Shown: one piece after another, positions 43,461-55,200 of the stretch
How the letters are laid out: the number at the start of each line of letters is the position of its first letter
Numbering within the stretch: position 1 is the stretch's first letter
Virus record (IMG/VR): IMGVR_UViG_3300043568_000719
Span: 1 to 56,962 of that record
Reading direction: 5' to 3' (one strand)
Length of the DNA: 56,962 bases
DNA from: a virus
Taxonomy: Duplodnaviria; Caudoviricetes
The notes under the pieces: generated by a model
Seen by the model: the letters and a program-made list of their open reading frames with translations, nothing else
What the model was told of the DNA's origin: nothing
Database searches by the model: none
Made by a program: the position numbers and the translations under genes

Positions 43461-45578
43461 TTAGAATGCCGGTGGGCCGGATCTGATTATATAATTCATT
43501 GCCAAAAACGGATTCATCAAGCCCACAGCAGTTCCAAGAGTAACTCCTGCTGGTTTTTTAACGTTGCCGCTGTCTTTGAGATACTGAGCCTGACCAGGTG
43601 CTGTTGGTCCAAGTCCGGAAGTAGCCAGCGGATCAAGTGTTGTTGTTAGTGCGACTGCAGAATAGTCTTGTGTAGGAGTTGACAACGAATGACTATGTTC
43701 AGGTAAATTGGCCAAGGTCAATGGAACTGAACTTAGTCCTGCTGACCCTCCAAGAATTGTAGCCTGCACGTCTGGCACACGGCCTGCAAAGCCGCCGCCT
43801 GCATCAACATACGGACCTGCACTTGATGGTACAGTGCCTGCATTGTCCATGTTGTCTCTGCCCAGAGCAAATCTACCTCGTAAATCCGGTAATCTATATG
43901 TACCTACTCCTGCCAGAGGAGCAGTGCCGTTAAAGGTAACACCAATGATGTCAAATAAATCTCCATACTTTGATCTTTCAACTTCACTGCCGTCACACAA
44001 AAGATATCCGTCGGGTGTGGTTCCGCCAGCATAAGGCAATATCGCACCAATTGGCACAGCCAAATCAGCCATGAATCGTTCTCTAGTCTGTTTCAAAAGT
44101 CCTGAACTGGCCAATGTACTTTCGCTGGGTCTGTAGGTCAATAAGAAATCGCCTTTCTTACCTCGATTAGGCGATGGTTCTGCCTTGGCTGCGATAATAT
44201 TAGCAGTCAACGTAGCGTTGAAAACTTTGGTTGCAGAACCCAACTGTCCATCAAATAGTATTGCAGGTGATACAACATCACCTGCTAATTGGAAACTGGT
44301 AACTGTGCTTAATGATGTGGCAGTATTAGCATTACCGCTGATGTTACCTTCTAGCACGCCTTGTATAGTGTCTGCGGTGATTGTTTTAGCACGGATATTA
44401 TTAAATCGTTTAAGAGGTGTGCCTAGATCATAAGTGTTGGTTGTTTTTGGTTGTATGGTATTAGTTTGCAAAAATCCAGTAACATCTATGCCGTCTCCGA
44501 CTATTAAATTTTTAGTAATCGCCACCCCACCTAAAGTTTGTATGCTGCCGTTATTTAAATTGGTGCTGGCGGTGGTGTTTGTAGTTGTTAGTATTCCTGT
44601 GAGTTTGATATTACCCAATACATCTAATGCTTCTTGCGGGTTATCTTGATTGATGCCTACTCGGTTATCAATCACTCTAATTATAGTTGCAGGTATTCCA
44701 TTTCTGTTAGTTTGCAAATCGATTGAACTACCAGCAGCAGAATTGTAAATGCTGCTCGATGATTCTGTAGACAATAACTTAAACGTTTCGTCAATACCGA
44801 TAGAAATACCATTGTTGTTTTTTACTTTTATTTCAAAATCAGTGACATTAACAGTGTCCTTTCTGAGGAAGTTTCCCGCAGCTACTTCTACGCCACCAAC
44901 TGATAATGCTTGAGCATTTTTAGCTGTACCATTGAGTATAGGTAAAAATCCTCCTACGAAATTTGCTATTTCTCCAGAAGTAGCAGGTGCACTGATGTTT
45001 ATTCCCGATCTAATTGTGTCAAAACCCGTGATAATAGTCTTAGGAGTAAAACTGTCCTTACTGAAGATAATCACAGGGATATCAGCAATAAAAAATACTA
45101 ATATGAATCTATCTACGTTGTCCGAGTCTGCAATTTTTTCTATGACTGGGCCGTAGCGCAATCCGCCTACCGAGCTTTCAACTGGTCCAACTAAAATCCA
45201 TCGTGTACCTGTGAATATACGCAGTTGTTGATTAGTGGTATCTACCCATAGTTCTCCTACTTTGCTGTCCTCGACTGCAGGTTGACTGACACCTTTTTGT
45301 ATACCAGATGCTGCTTTCCATGCAGTGTTATCCCAGATTTTTAAAGTCTGTTGTCCGCTGGTGCTGTCATACCATAACTGTCCTTCTATCGGATTTACGG
45401 GCTGATCAGTGGAAGCAAAATTTTCCAGCAGTGATAAAAAGTTTTCTGCAATTATCTGACCGTACCCAGTGACATTACGACCAGGAAATTTAAGACTGGT
45501 ATCTGTACTCGAAGTATTGTCAAATACCGTAATTGGGCTTTTGTTTTCGTTGTCTGTAAAATTAACTATGTATGGCAT
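43461..45578 (-). CDS. Short tail fibre/baseplate protein with a tail-collar domain
   Basis: Shared ENFA N-terminal domain; PIGAILPYAG...GYLLCDG...YRLPDLRGRF; C-terminal MNPFLAMNYII. Confidence 0.88.
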   Translation of the reverse strand: MPYIVNFTDNENKSPITVFDNTSSTDTSLKFPGRNVTGYGQIIAENFLSLLENFASTDQPVNPIEGQLWYDSTSGQQTLKIWDNTAWKAASGIQKGVSQPAVEDSKVGELWVDTTNQQLRIFTGTRWILVGPVESSVGGLRYGPVIEKIADSDNVDRFILVFFIADIPVIIFSKDSFTPKTIITGFDTIRSGINISAPATSGEIANFVGGFLPILNGTAKNAQALSVGGVEVAAGNFLRKDTVNVTDFEIKVKNNNGISIGIDETFKLLSTESSSSIYNSAAGSSIDLQTNRNGIPATIIRVIDNRVGINQDNPQEALDVLGNIKLTGILTTTNTTASTNLNNGSIQTLGGVAITKNLIVGDGIDVTGFLQTNTIQPKTTNTYDLGTPLKRFNNIRAKTITADTIQGVLEGNISGNANTATSLSTVTSFQLAGDVVSPAILFDGQLGSATKVFNATLTANIIAAKAEPSPNRGKKGDFLLTYRPSESTLASSGLLKQTRERFMADLAVPIGAILPYAGGTTPDGYLLCDGSEVERSKYGDLFDIIGVTFNGTAPLAGVGTYRLPDLRGRFALGRDNMDNAGTVPSSAGPYVDAGGGFAGRVPDVQATILGGSAGLSSVPLTLANLPEHSHSLSTPTQDYSAVALTTTLDPLATSGLGPTAPGQAQYLKDSGNVKKPAGVTLGTAVGLMNPFLAMNYIIRSGPPAF

Positions 45579-45580
45579 GA

Positions 45581-46231
45581 TTAGACCTCAGCAAAGCCAG
45601 TTAAACTCTGCACACGTATAGTATAATCTATCTGCAGTAATCTATTCAAACTTTTTTGCACAGGGTGAAATATCACATGTGTCAACAGCTTTCCGTCCGC
45701 TGTGTTTGGTCCTAGGCTTTTTAATCCCAGTTCATCAAACACAAACGAGCCGTTCATATCTACACTGTTATCAAAGGCTTCTTGATCCAACGGCTCGCCG
45801 TAGTCTAATAAACAGCTGATCAAAATATCACTGTAGGTAGCTCCGCTGATATGTCGTATCTGCATTTTATTTCGAATAGGATCTTGATTTTCAATAGCAT
45901 TTTGATCCACTACTTTTTGATAGGTTTGATTGTATAATCCAGAATTCACGCCAACTGTGTTAGGTGTAAGGTATGTGATAAGTCCTGTAGGATCTACTGT
46001 TGTTCCGCCTGTGCCGAAAATCATTTGATATACTGTACCGTACCCTTGATTACTAAGACTGTTAACCATGGCCACGCTCATATTTTCATAGTGAATGGCA
46101 TTGCGTTTGTCCACAAAAACTTCTTTGGTTTCGGGATCATGAATTTTAATATGCCCTTCGAAGTGAAATCCACCGGTTTCGTTAGGGCGGGATTGAGAAG
46201 TAGTTGCTTGCTGATCTTGATTATTTGGCAT
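45581..46231 (-). CDS. Putative baseplate structural protein
   Basis: EGHIKI...NAIH, FDELGL, THVIFHPVQKS...IDYTIR; start placed at ATG 46231. Confidence 0.68.
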   Translation of the reverse strand: MPNNQDQQATTSQSRPNETGGFHFEGHIKIHDPETKEVFVDKRNAIHYENMSVAMVNSLSNQGYGTVYQMIFGTGGTTVDPTGLITYLTPNTVGVNSGLYNQTYQKVVDQNAIENQDPIRNKMQIRHISGATYSDILISCLLDYGEPLDQEAFDNSVDMNGSFVFDELGLKSLGPNTADGKLLTHVIFHPVQKSLNRLLQIDYTIRVQSLTGFAEV

Positions 46232-46259
46232 TTTGATCTCTTTTTGTTCCATCATGTAT

Positions 46260-49200
46260 TTATTCAGGTATAGCTGTGGTCTTTTCCACAATGAATCTAG
46301 CTATAGCGGTGTCTGCATCTATTAGGCTAACACCGTCTGTAGCTGTGGTCTCGCCTCTGCTATGCCATGTTTTACCCTGTCTTCTTAGCACAGTCACTCG
46401 TGTACCTGCTGGCAATGCAGCTGTTAGTCTTATTTGAGCAGTAGCACCGTCTACACTAAATTCTGCTTCTTGTGTCTCGTCTGCTGCCGGACTGGCAGCA
46501 CCGTTGGCTTCTATGTACACAGCCTGCGGATCTTTTTTCAATCTTCGACCACCGGCAAACACTTCTATTTGATCGCAAGGTCCGTAAGTAGACGGTACAG
46601 TATTTCTATACCATACACCACTTCTCGATGCTTTTTGAGGCACAAAATCCAACGGGCCTATTAGCAGTGTGCTACCGTCGCTGGTAAAGTCAGTTCTCTG
46701 CTGGGTTTCATTATATGGTATAACTTCGCTGTATCCTACATCAACCACCGCTGTACCCTGAGCGTGTATTTGTGCTATAGATGTTCCCTGAGCTCCTCTA
46801 CGCAGTTGACCTAATGTATTACCCAATTTGGTCATGTACTCAATACGTTCTCCATCTATAAACACAACACCTGGTATATTTCTGCTGGCAATAGGTTGAG
46901 ACAATTCAGCAGCATTCGTAACTAATATGCTGGTATCGAAGTAGTTTAGTGCCTGAGCTAATTTGCATTCAGCTTTTGAGAATCTGTTGTAATGAAACAC
47001 ATTCAACATGTCTTTATGTATTTCATATGCCGATGGCAATTTGAAAATATTATTACTGAAATTAACAATTTTAATTTTATCAGTTGGTAAAGAATTTGCT
47101 GTGAGGTAAACTACTGCTCTTGGCAAGCTCACGTAATAATCTTTGTCTTGACGTAGACGATGTCCGTTTTTGTATACCCATACATAACTCATCGCAATCG
47201 GTGGGCGTGATAGTTGATATTGAAGACGTCCGCCACTGTTTTCATCTTGAATAATATTCATAGACGGATATTCACCAAACCAAGTTACTATTATTGGCAC
47301 ATTGTCTGTTTCGTTGACACTGGTCATTGGATAGCTTGCAGAAATTGCAATAGTATTTCCGTCAATAGAATATTCTGCTCTCAAATCATTAACAATCTTG
47401 ATGTGATCTCCTATTGACAATTTCAAAGGATTCAACGTTAATATTTTATTAGGGCCGTCTAGAGTATAATCTACAATAAATGTTCTAAGTTGGTCATTTA
47501 CCAGAACTTTTAGGTTAGCAGGCAATATACTACCGCCAGGTTCAACTGGATCGGTACCAAGTTGAAAGACATTATTAGAACCGTCATAAACAGCATATAA
47601 AGTGTCGGGCCCTTTTAATAAGTACCCATCAACTTCTACCAATGCAGCAGTCAGTGTCGATCCTCGACTCAATTCACTAAATCCATCGATGTCAAAACTT
47701 CTAGTGCTACCTTCATAATAGAAAGTCTGCGTATTAACTTGCACTAACGATAATCCTGAACTATCTACATCGGCACTGGCTTCTAAACATACTATTTTTA
47801 CTACATCTCCTGCTTGTGGAATTATTCCAAAATCTACCAAAGTTTTTCCTACAGCATCAATTACATTTGTACTGTTACGGTATCCTACATCTACTTGAGT
47901 TCCGTTCACACTTACAAATATATTGCTGGTATTGTCATAGTTGGCATTGGTTAAAAATAAACCAGTAACTCCATCTGCAATATAGCTTTGATAATCTAAA
48001 ATACCAACGCCGCCGATTCCTACACTGAGTATTTCCACTAACTTATCCACTAATGGTGCTGTGATAAAATTCACAGTATTGGTTTGTAGATCAATCGTAT
48101 AATCAGTGTCTAAGATTCTTGATGTGTTGTCGACGTATACAAAAACTGATTTGTTTTCTAATACAGTTTGTCCTATAGAAAACTGTGTGGTTGTTCCGTT
48201 AGCAATTTTCACATTAGAATGCAGTGATGCTGCCCCCGATACTGTGTTGTTATATACTTTAATTGACACACTTTCGATAACCTGGCCTGGAACATTTTCT
48301 TCAGGTGCTGGCACCACTGTAGGATCTATAAACTTGCCACCAGTAATAGCAATTTCTTCTGCAGTGAATCCAGTAGCGGTAACATAGGCTCCACTTATAC
48401 TTGACAACGATCCGCCGGTGAGTCTAGTATCTAAAATATTATTATCATTGATAGAAACACTGCCATCGCTTTCTATAGGTCGGAAAATTAATGTATCTTC
48501 ATTATTCACTAATAGATACTGACCAATTTGAATTCCATCAGTGATGCCATTGCCTACAAATGTTGGCATTTCTGCAGAAGGATTCACTCCTGTACTTGAA
48601 TCTAAAATGCTACTGCCGTCTACCCCATACTGAATATAATTTTCATCATCTACCCGTACAGTGATGTTGGTGTCTTTGCGTTTGATATAAATGTTAATTT
48701 TCTGTCCGGCAGCTGGCACATACGGTAATCTCACTGTGAATATTTCCCAGAATAATTGCCATTCTTGTGAAATAATCGGAATAATAACATTGCCTGCGGT
48801 GTCAACACTGTTTTTTAGTGCTTTGTATAATACGCCGTTAACTTCCACAATTTCATCTTTCAGATATATCGCTGTAGAGTCAACAAAAGATCGTATGCCG
48901 TCAACTATAAAATAATAATCTGCACTGGTCTCAACTGAGTCCCAGTTGTCAGTAAACCAAGGTAGAGCATCCCATCCGCCAGTGACGTCAAATGTAGTAC
49001 CCTGTATCTGTACTCCGCCAAAATCAATGCCAGTCATTAACTGATTGAGTTCTTTTCCAATCATACCTTCTTTAGGTGCGTATGATTGATTGATCCTGTT
49101 CACTGCATCAAACAGCGTGATGTTTTTACCATAGCTTACTGTGATTGTGTCATTTTTTGTAGGAGCCAAGTTGAATATCAACTTGCCACGCAATAAAGAA

Positions 49201-52200
49201 TAACCATCAGTAGGTTGATAATACAAACTAATAGTGTATTCACTGGCCAACACCACTTGTGTTTTGTTGGTCGCAGCTGATGTACGTGATATAGTAATTT
49301 TACTCTTGTCGTTGGTCGGAGCATAATTTAACAAGAACACCGCAGAGCTTCCTGTGGCTGTAAATGACTGTGTTTGTGAAAATGTATTGTAAATTCCAGT
49401 TTTGGAAATTCTATCAAATTTTACCGAGACATCAAATGTTCTAACCTGTGCATCACCTATTATTGCCACAGCTTTAGCCTGCACAGCATTAGTAGGATTC
49501 CCTCCCACCAGTGTAACCGTCGGTGCTGCGGTATACCCAGAACCAGTAGTCAATACTTGTATACTGGAGACTTTACCATTAGAAATAAATGCTTTGGCTG
49601 TAGCGCCGGATCCGGTACCGTCAATTAGCACTTTAGGAGGAGTACTATATCCCGAACCCTGTTGATATACTTCTATAGCAGTCACTGAATATGAATTATT
49701 ATCTGCCCACCATTTCCAAGGATACTGAGATATTTCTGCAGACGAAGAGTTTACAGGATTTGCACGACCGTCAAATACCGAATACACCGGCGGTAAATCA
49801 AAATCTGTTGCGGCAGACGAATATGTTTCTGGAGTATCGTAACGACTGATATATTCTCTAACTGTGGTTCTAAAAGGTTTAACTTCATTAATGTATTCTT
49901 GATAACTTTGTAAATTATCATTTTTGTAATTAACTTTCTGTTCAAACGCCCCAATATTATGTGTGGCATTTAAGAAACTGGTTTTGAATATCCAGTCAAC
50001 ATATTGCTGTTCGCTCAGTAGGTGTCGTATAGAAGCAAAAAATAATTTATTCCATTCTACAGCATAGTCACCAATAAAAATATCTTGCTTGATTGCTGTG
50101 AAGATATTTCTCAACTCTTGATCATTCTCAATATCATACGTAGTAGTATCAAAGGCCTGTGTGTTATCAAACCCTACTCCAATAGTACCGGTGTCGTATA
50201 AGGAAGAACTAAGTTGTATTGTACCGTTTTGTCTACTAATTAACGAATATCTATCTAAGAATAGATCAGCAGTGTCTGATACTTTTTCAAACACTGCCCA
50301 GCCGCCGGCAGCATACTCTTTGACTTTTATGATTTCACCAATTAAAACTTGACTGTCAACAATTTCGTAAATGCTGACAAATTCTTTGATAATTTTAAGA
50401 TCGGTGTCATATCCGTCTTTATTCCAATCTGTTTTATTCCAATATTTCGTAGTGTCGAACGCCTGTGATTTACTGCGGAAATAAACTTTTCGTGTGTCGT
50501 CCCAAGAATACACACTCCAGAAATCGTTCAACGTTGCATCGGCATTTACTAATACAGAAAAATATCTAACCTGAATGTTTATACTGCTGTATTTTTTACC
50601 GCGATTAGTTACCACTGCTTGAATAACTCGGCCTTGTCCATCTATATGGCACACTGCTGTAGCATTCACACCGTCGCCTGATATAGTTACTGGAGGACCG
50701 AGATAGACACCTGGTAGCTCTTGACTGAACAGTTCTCTAGGCTTGTATCCGTATCCAGGATCCACAATATCTATAGTGTCTAATTCTCCGTTGATCAAAT
50801 TAGCTCTTAGAATTGCACGTTTGATGTTTGTTGTACCCACTGCTTGCAAATCAATGTCATTGTCTACTGCCACATCATAAAGATTTAACTTGCTGCTAGG
50901 CACAGCATCTACACTATTAAGATTAGTAAAATCTATAGTTTCTGCAAATGTTTCTTTTCGTAAAATATTGTTAATATATTCTATAACAATTTTCAGTGCT
51001 AATATTCTGTCAACAAACATAGTCTGGCGAGGACGGTACTGTATACCATATTTTTGTTTTGCCGGCAATGCTGCATCTGGAATACGATTACCTGCAATGT
51101 CTGTTCCGAGAAGACTGTCAATCCATTTGTTTTCTAATGGTGCAGAAGGTAAACTGTCTGCTATTCCTTCTGTTAACAATTGGTATTCGTTGTGTACAGG
51201 AATTTGTGATTCTAAATTTTTTCTAATCTGCAGATTTATCAGTGCAGTGTCAGACTGCATTATTGATTTAAAATTATAAGTTAAGAATTTATCTGCCTGC
51301 AAAAATGCCACAAACGCAAGACCAGTTCCGGCAGGGTTAGCAATTAGGTCGGCTACTTCGGCCGCTGATCTTGTGCGATCAGGCATATTTGCCGGGGTCA
51401 CCGCTTTGCTACGCACCCAATAGTAATACAGTGTTTCTGAAACTTGCCCGGTAGTAGGGCTGAAGAAAAATTTCACACTGTAAACATCGTTGTTAGGATA
51501 CAAGGGCTGGCCGCTGATCCCCTGCGCTAATCCTGCATTAGTGTCTGCCAGCGCAGCCCATTCATTAGGCAACAATACTGTTTCTACCCACTCATACACA
51601 TCGACGCTGGCGCCTAATACTGTTTGATTCCAATTTCCCGTTCTGTAAGCAGAGTCTTTTTGTTCTGCGTATTGAAACTTAGCTGTACCGATGTTCCACC
51701 ATAGTTTTCCTACATTTTTTTCCAACCAGTTTATAGTAGTATCTACCACAACTTCTGCTGTGCCTATGGTATAGACTGCTGGATCGTATGGAGTTTTATA
51801 TTTTATTTCTTGTTCGGCTATGTTTAATATTTTTCCTCTAGCGGCATCGATGTAATCTACATCTTGTATTTTTACATTCTTAGCATTGTCATAGAGTTCG
51901 ATTTTCTTTATTTTTCTAAGATCAACTAATGGTTGTTGACTTGCCAGCACTGTCCAGCTTGCTCCACTGGTACTTGCTGTGAACAATCTCACTATCCCCT
52001 GATAGGTATTTGTTATATTGTTTTTATGGTAAGGAGATCCTACCAATAATTTTGTACCTACGCAGTCGATACTGTGACCGAATGATTCGTCTACTTGAAG
52101 ATCGCTGTCAAGTTTTTCTGTTAAGAAATAGGTCTGATCTTTTTTATCAAATACGTACACACCGCCTGTGAATCCTTGTTCTACATAGAACCGTGTTCTG

Positions 52201-55200
52201 CTGTTGTCAAATGTTGTGCCTTCTAATAGATCAAAATTTACAGGGAATGGAGTTCTGGCATTTCTTGCCCCTATGGCTATCTTCGAACCGTCTGGGCTTA
52301 CTGATACAGCAAATCCAAAATATTCGTTGGTGTAGATTTCATAACTCTGTAAACGCTGTTTAACACGGAATTCAGTCACTGGCTGATCTAATTCTAAAAC
52401 ATATACCGCACCTTGATCCTGATAGTTTACATCTGCCCTAGGACTGGCGACTGCCAGCATTGTGCCATTTGCATCTATGTCCATGCTGAATCCAAATTGA
52501 TCACCTGTACTGATTACTAATCCGGAATCGATGTCAGTGAACGATGCCAGTGTTGCTGCGTTGATCATTTGAGTAAATTCATAAGAATCATACGCAGTCT
52601 TCTTATAAACAAATATCTTACCGCTGGAAGTTGTGGTACTGTCGCCCACTTGTTGCCAATTTGCACTGTCAGACGGATCTTCGTTATAGCTGCGATAAGT
52701 GCTGTCTGGTCCTAAAAGTCCGTCGCCTAATTGATAATATTGATATGCATCTCCCGGAGACCCTCGATGGCGTACTACTTCACCTTCGACGTATTCTACA
52801 TCGCCGCGCCACACTCCTCGATAATTTGCAAAATACTGACCATCACTGTCAGGCGCACCAATAACTAATATGCTACCGTCTTTGTTCATGGCCATCGAGA
52901 ATCCGAACAGATCGCCTTGCTTAACTAATTCTGCTTTTTGTGCATTAGTTAAAAGACCTGTAGTTGTAAACTCCATTGTAGAACCGTCGTCTTCCACAGA
53001 AATATTAGTCGGCAAAGAGCAGTGCGTAGATATATTATTGACCTTTAACCAGTTCTGTGACTCTAGGGTTATTGTGCTGCCGTCCGAGGTCGACCCGTCA
53101 AGGCTCTGCCATAGATTGCCGCGCACTGTTTCTAAAATAGGATCTTGTGCCGCTTGCCATACTATATCGCCTTGTTTGTACGAATCAAATAAGTTGTATA
53201 TTCCTTTGTACAAAGGATTTTCCATGTGTATCCACTCTGTACCTGTATATTTGATAAGGTACACTCGACCTGTGTTATTATACGATCCTATAGCAGATAC
53301 TGCTAGATAATATTCGTTACCGTTAACGCCTATTGTAATTTCTGATCCAAACTTTTCGTTGTCTGTGGGTCTTGGCGAAACAAATGCAGTGACACTGACA
53401 TATCTTCCACTGATAAATTCATAAACCGCTACCATACCTTGCTGATAATATCCAGTGTTACGTCCTGATGTTTCAGCAGGTATAACTGTGGTGTGTGCAA
53501 TCCAGTCGTCAGAGTTAATAGCTATCTGAGTGCTGCCATCTCCTAACCCTGCAAAATTTCCGTTGGCATTCAACGCTCTGTAAAGTCTGCCGCCATACAG
53601 TACAATATCACCTTGTTCATAGGCTAATTCAGTCTGCCATTCGCCCATGTATCTATTAATAACACCACTGGCGATCGGTGCTCCCACTACAAGGAATTTA
53701 CCGTCTGGGCTGACAGCCATCTTTTCGCCGAACGAGCCTATTGCGATGTCAAAGAATCCGATAGGAGGTGCAATGATCTGTTTTAAGATTAACCCTGTAG
53801 GAGTTTCTACATAAACATTCACAAATCCCGAGCCCGGTATACTGCTGATTATGTGTTTATTAATATTGTCATAAATGACTTTAGACCCTGCAAGCAGCGG
53901 AGACGAGGTACCAAAATCTTCTATGGTTTTTGCAGTGTACAATTTATTTTTCTGCACTACTTCCCACAAATCATCGCCATTGTTATCTACGAATACCGTT
54001 GACTTATTTTTCAATAATGCTGCTGGATGCTGATCAACCGCTGCGTAATCTGCAAATCTTGCTAGGGTTAACAACTGAATATTAACCGTGGTGCTGGAAT
54101 CTAACTCAGGATCATCAACGTCTGCGCTGACCACAACTGTTATTGTAGTGTTGGTTACTGCACTGACTTTAAAAAATCCGCTAAGGTTAACAATCTCACG
54201 GAATCCGATATACTCATCGACTGTCACTGAATGTGGTCTGTTCAATGTCAAGGTGACCGTAGTGTCATCTATACGTACTGCTTCACTAACAAATAGCAGT
54301 GGCGACTCATTGACTCGCAGTACTTGCCAGCTGTCCTGATTGAAAGTTACCCAAATATGATCGTTTTCATCGACTGTGGTTATATCAAGAGATGTTAACT
54401 GATCCAATGAACCGACCACATGTTGATATTGTCCTGAGCTAACATAACCGGCAGTGAATTCTGGTTCCAGATCCAACGTGGTTGGTAAAATATCTACAGT
54501 GTACGGGATCGGTGAAATTGTAAAATCATTAGCAGTAAATCTATAATACTGATCTAAGACGTTGGCTGTGTCATTGGCTGTTACCAGATGGAGTTGTGGG
54601 TTTAGTTTAAATTTATTCTTTTCAAGTTGTATTTCAATTTCCGAGAATTGATCAGTGCCGCCAAGTTGACCAAGACGAAATGCCCATTCTTCATTAAGTA
54701 CGACACTGTCGGACCCCGATCTACTTAGTTTATTAAAAATTTTAGTTACACTGTTTGCGGTACCTTTTTCTCTAATAAATCCCTGATATAGCTGAAACTG
54801 GCTTACCGGATCTTCCGCAAGATTTTGTAGATAGTCTCGTTGTTGATAACCTATGGCATGTCTAGCCAATTCTCGTTGACTTTGATCTAGTCCCTGAGAC
54901 GAAGTTTCAAAATAGTCACTGAATTGTTTTATCTTATAATCAAAATTTGACACCAGCTGTTTGACTGGTTTTGAATCTAGTTTTGACCAGTTGGCATCGT
55001 TAAATATTTCTGCACCTAATTGATTTACAAGGCTGGTCCAGTTGTAAGATTTGTAAGAAACAATATCTCCCAGTTTGTAATCTCGGAACGGTTGCCAAAT
55101 CTGTATATCAACATTATCGAATAAAAATCCTGGGCTGGTATAGTCCCCGTCCCAATCCACTGTGCGGAAGGCCTGCATTTTAATACGGCCTTGACGATAT

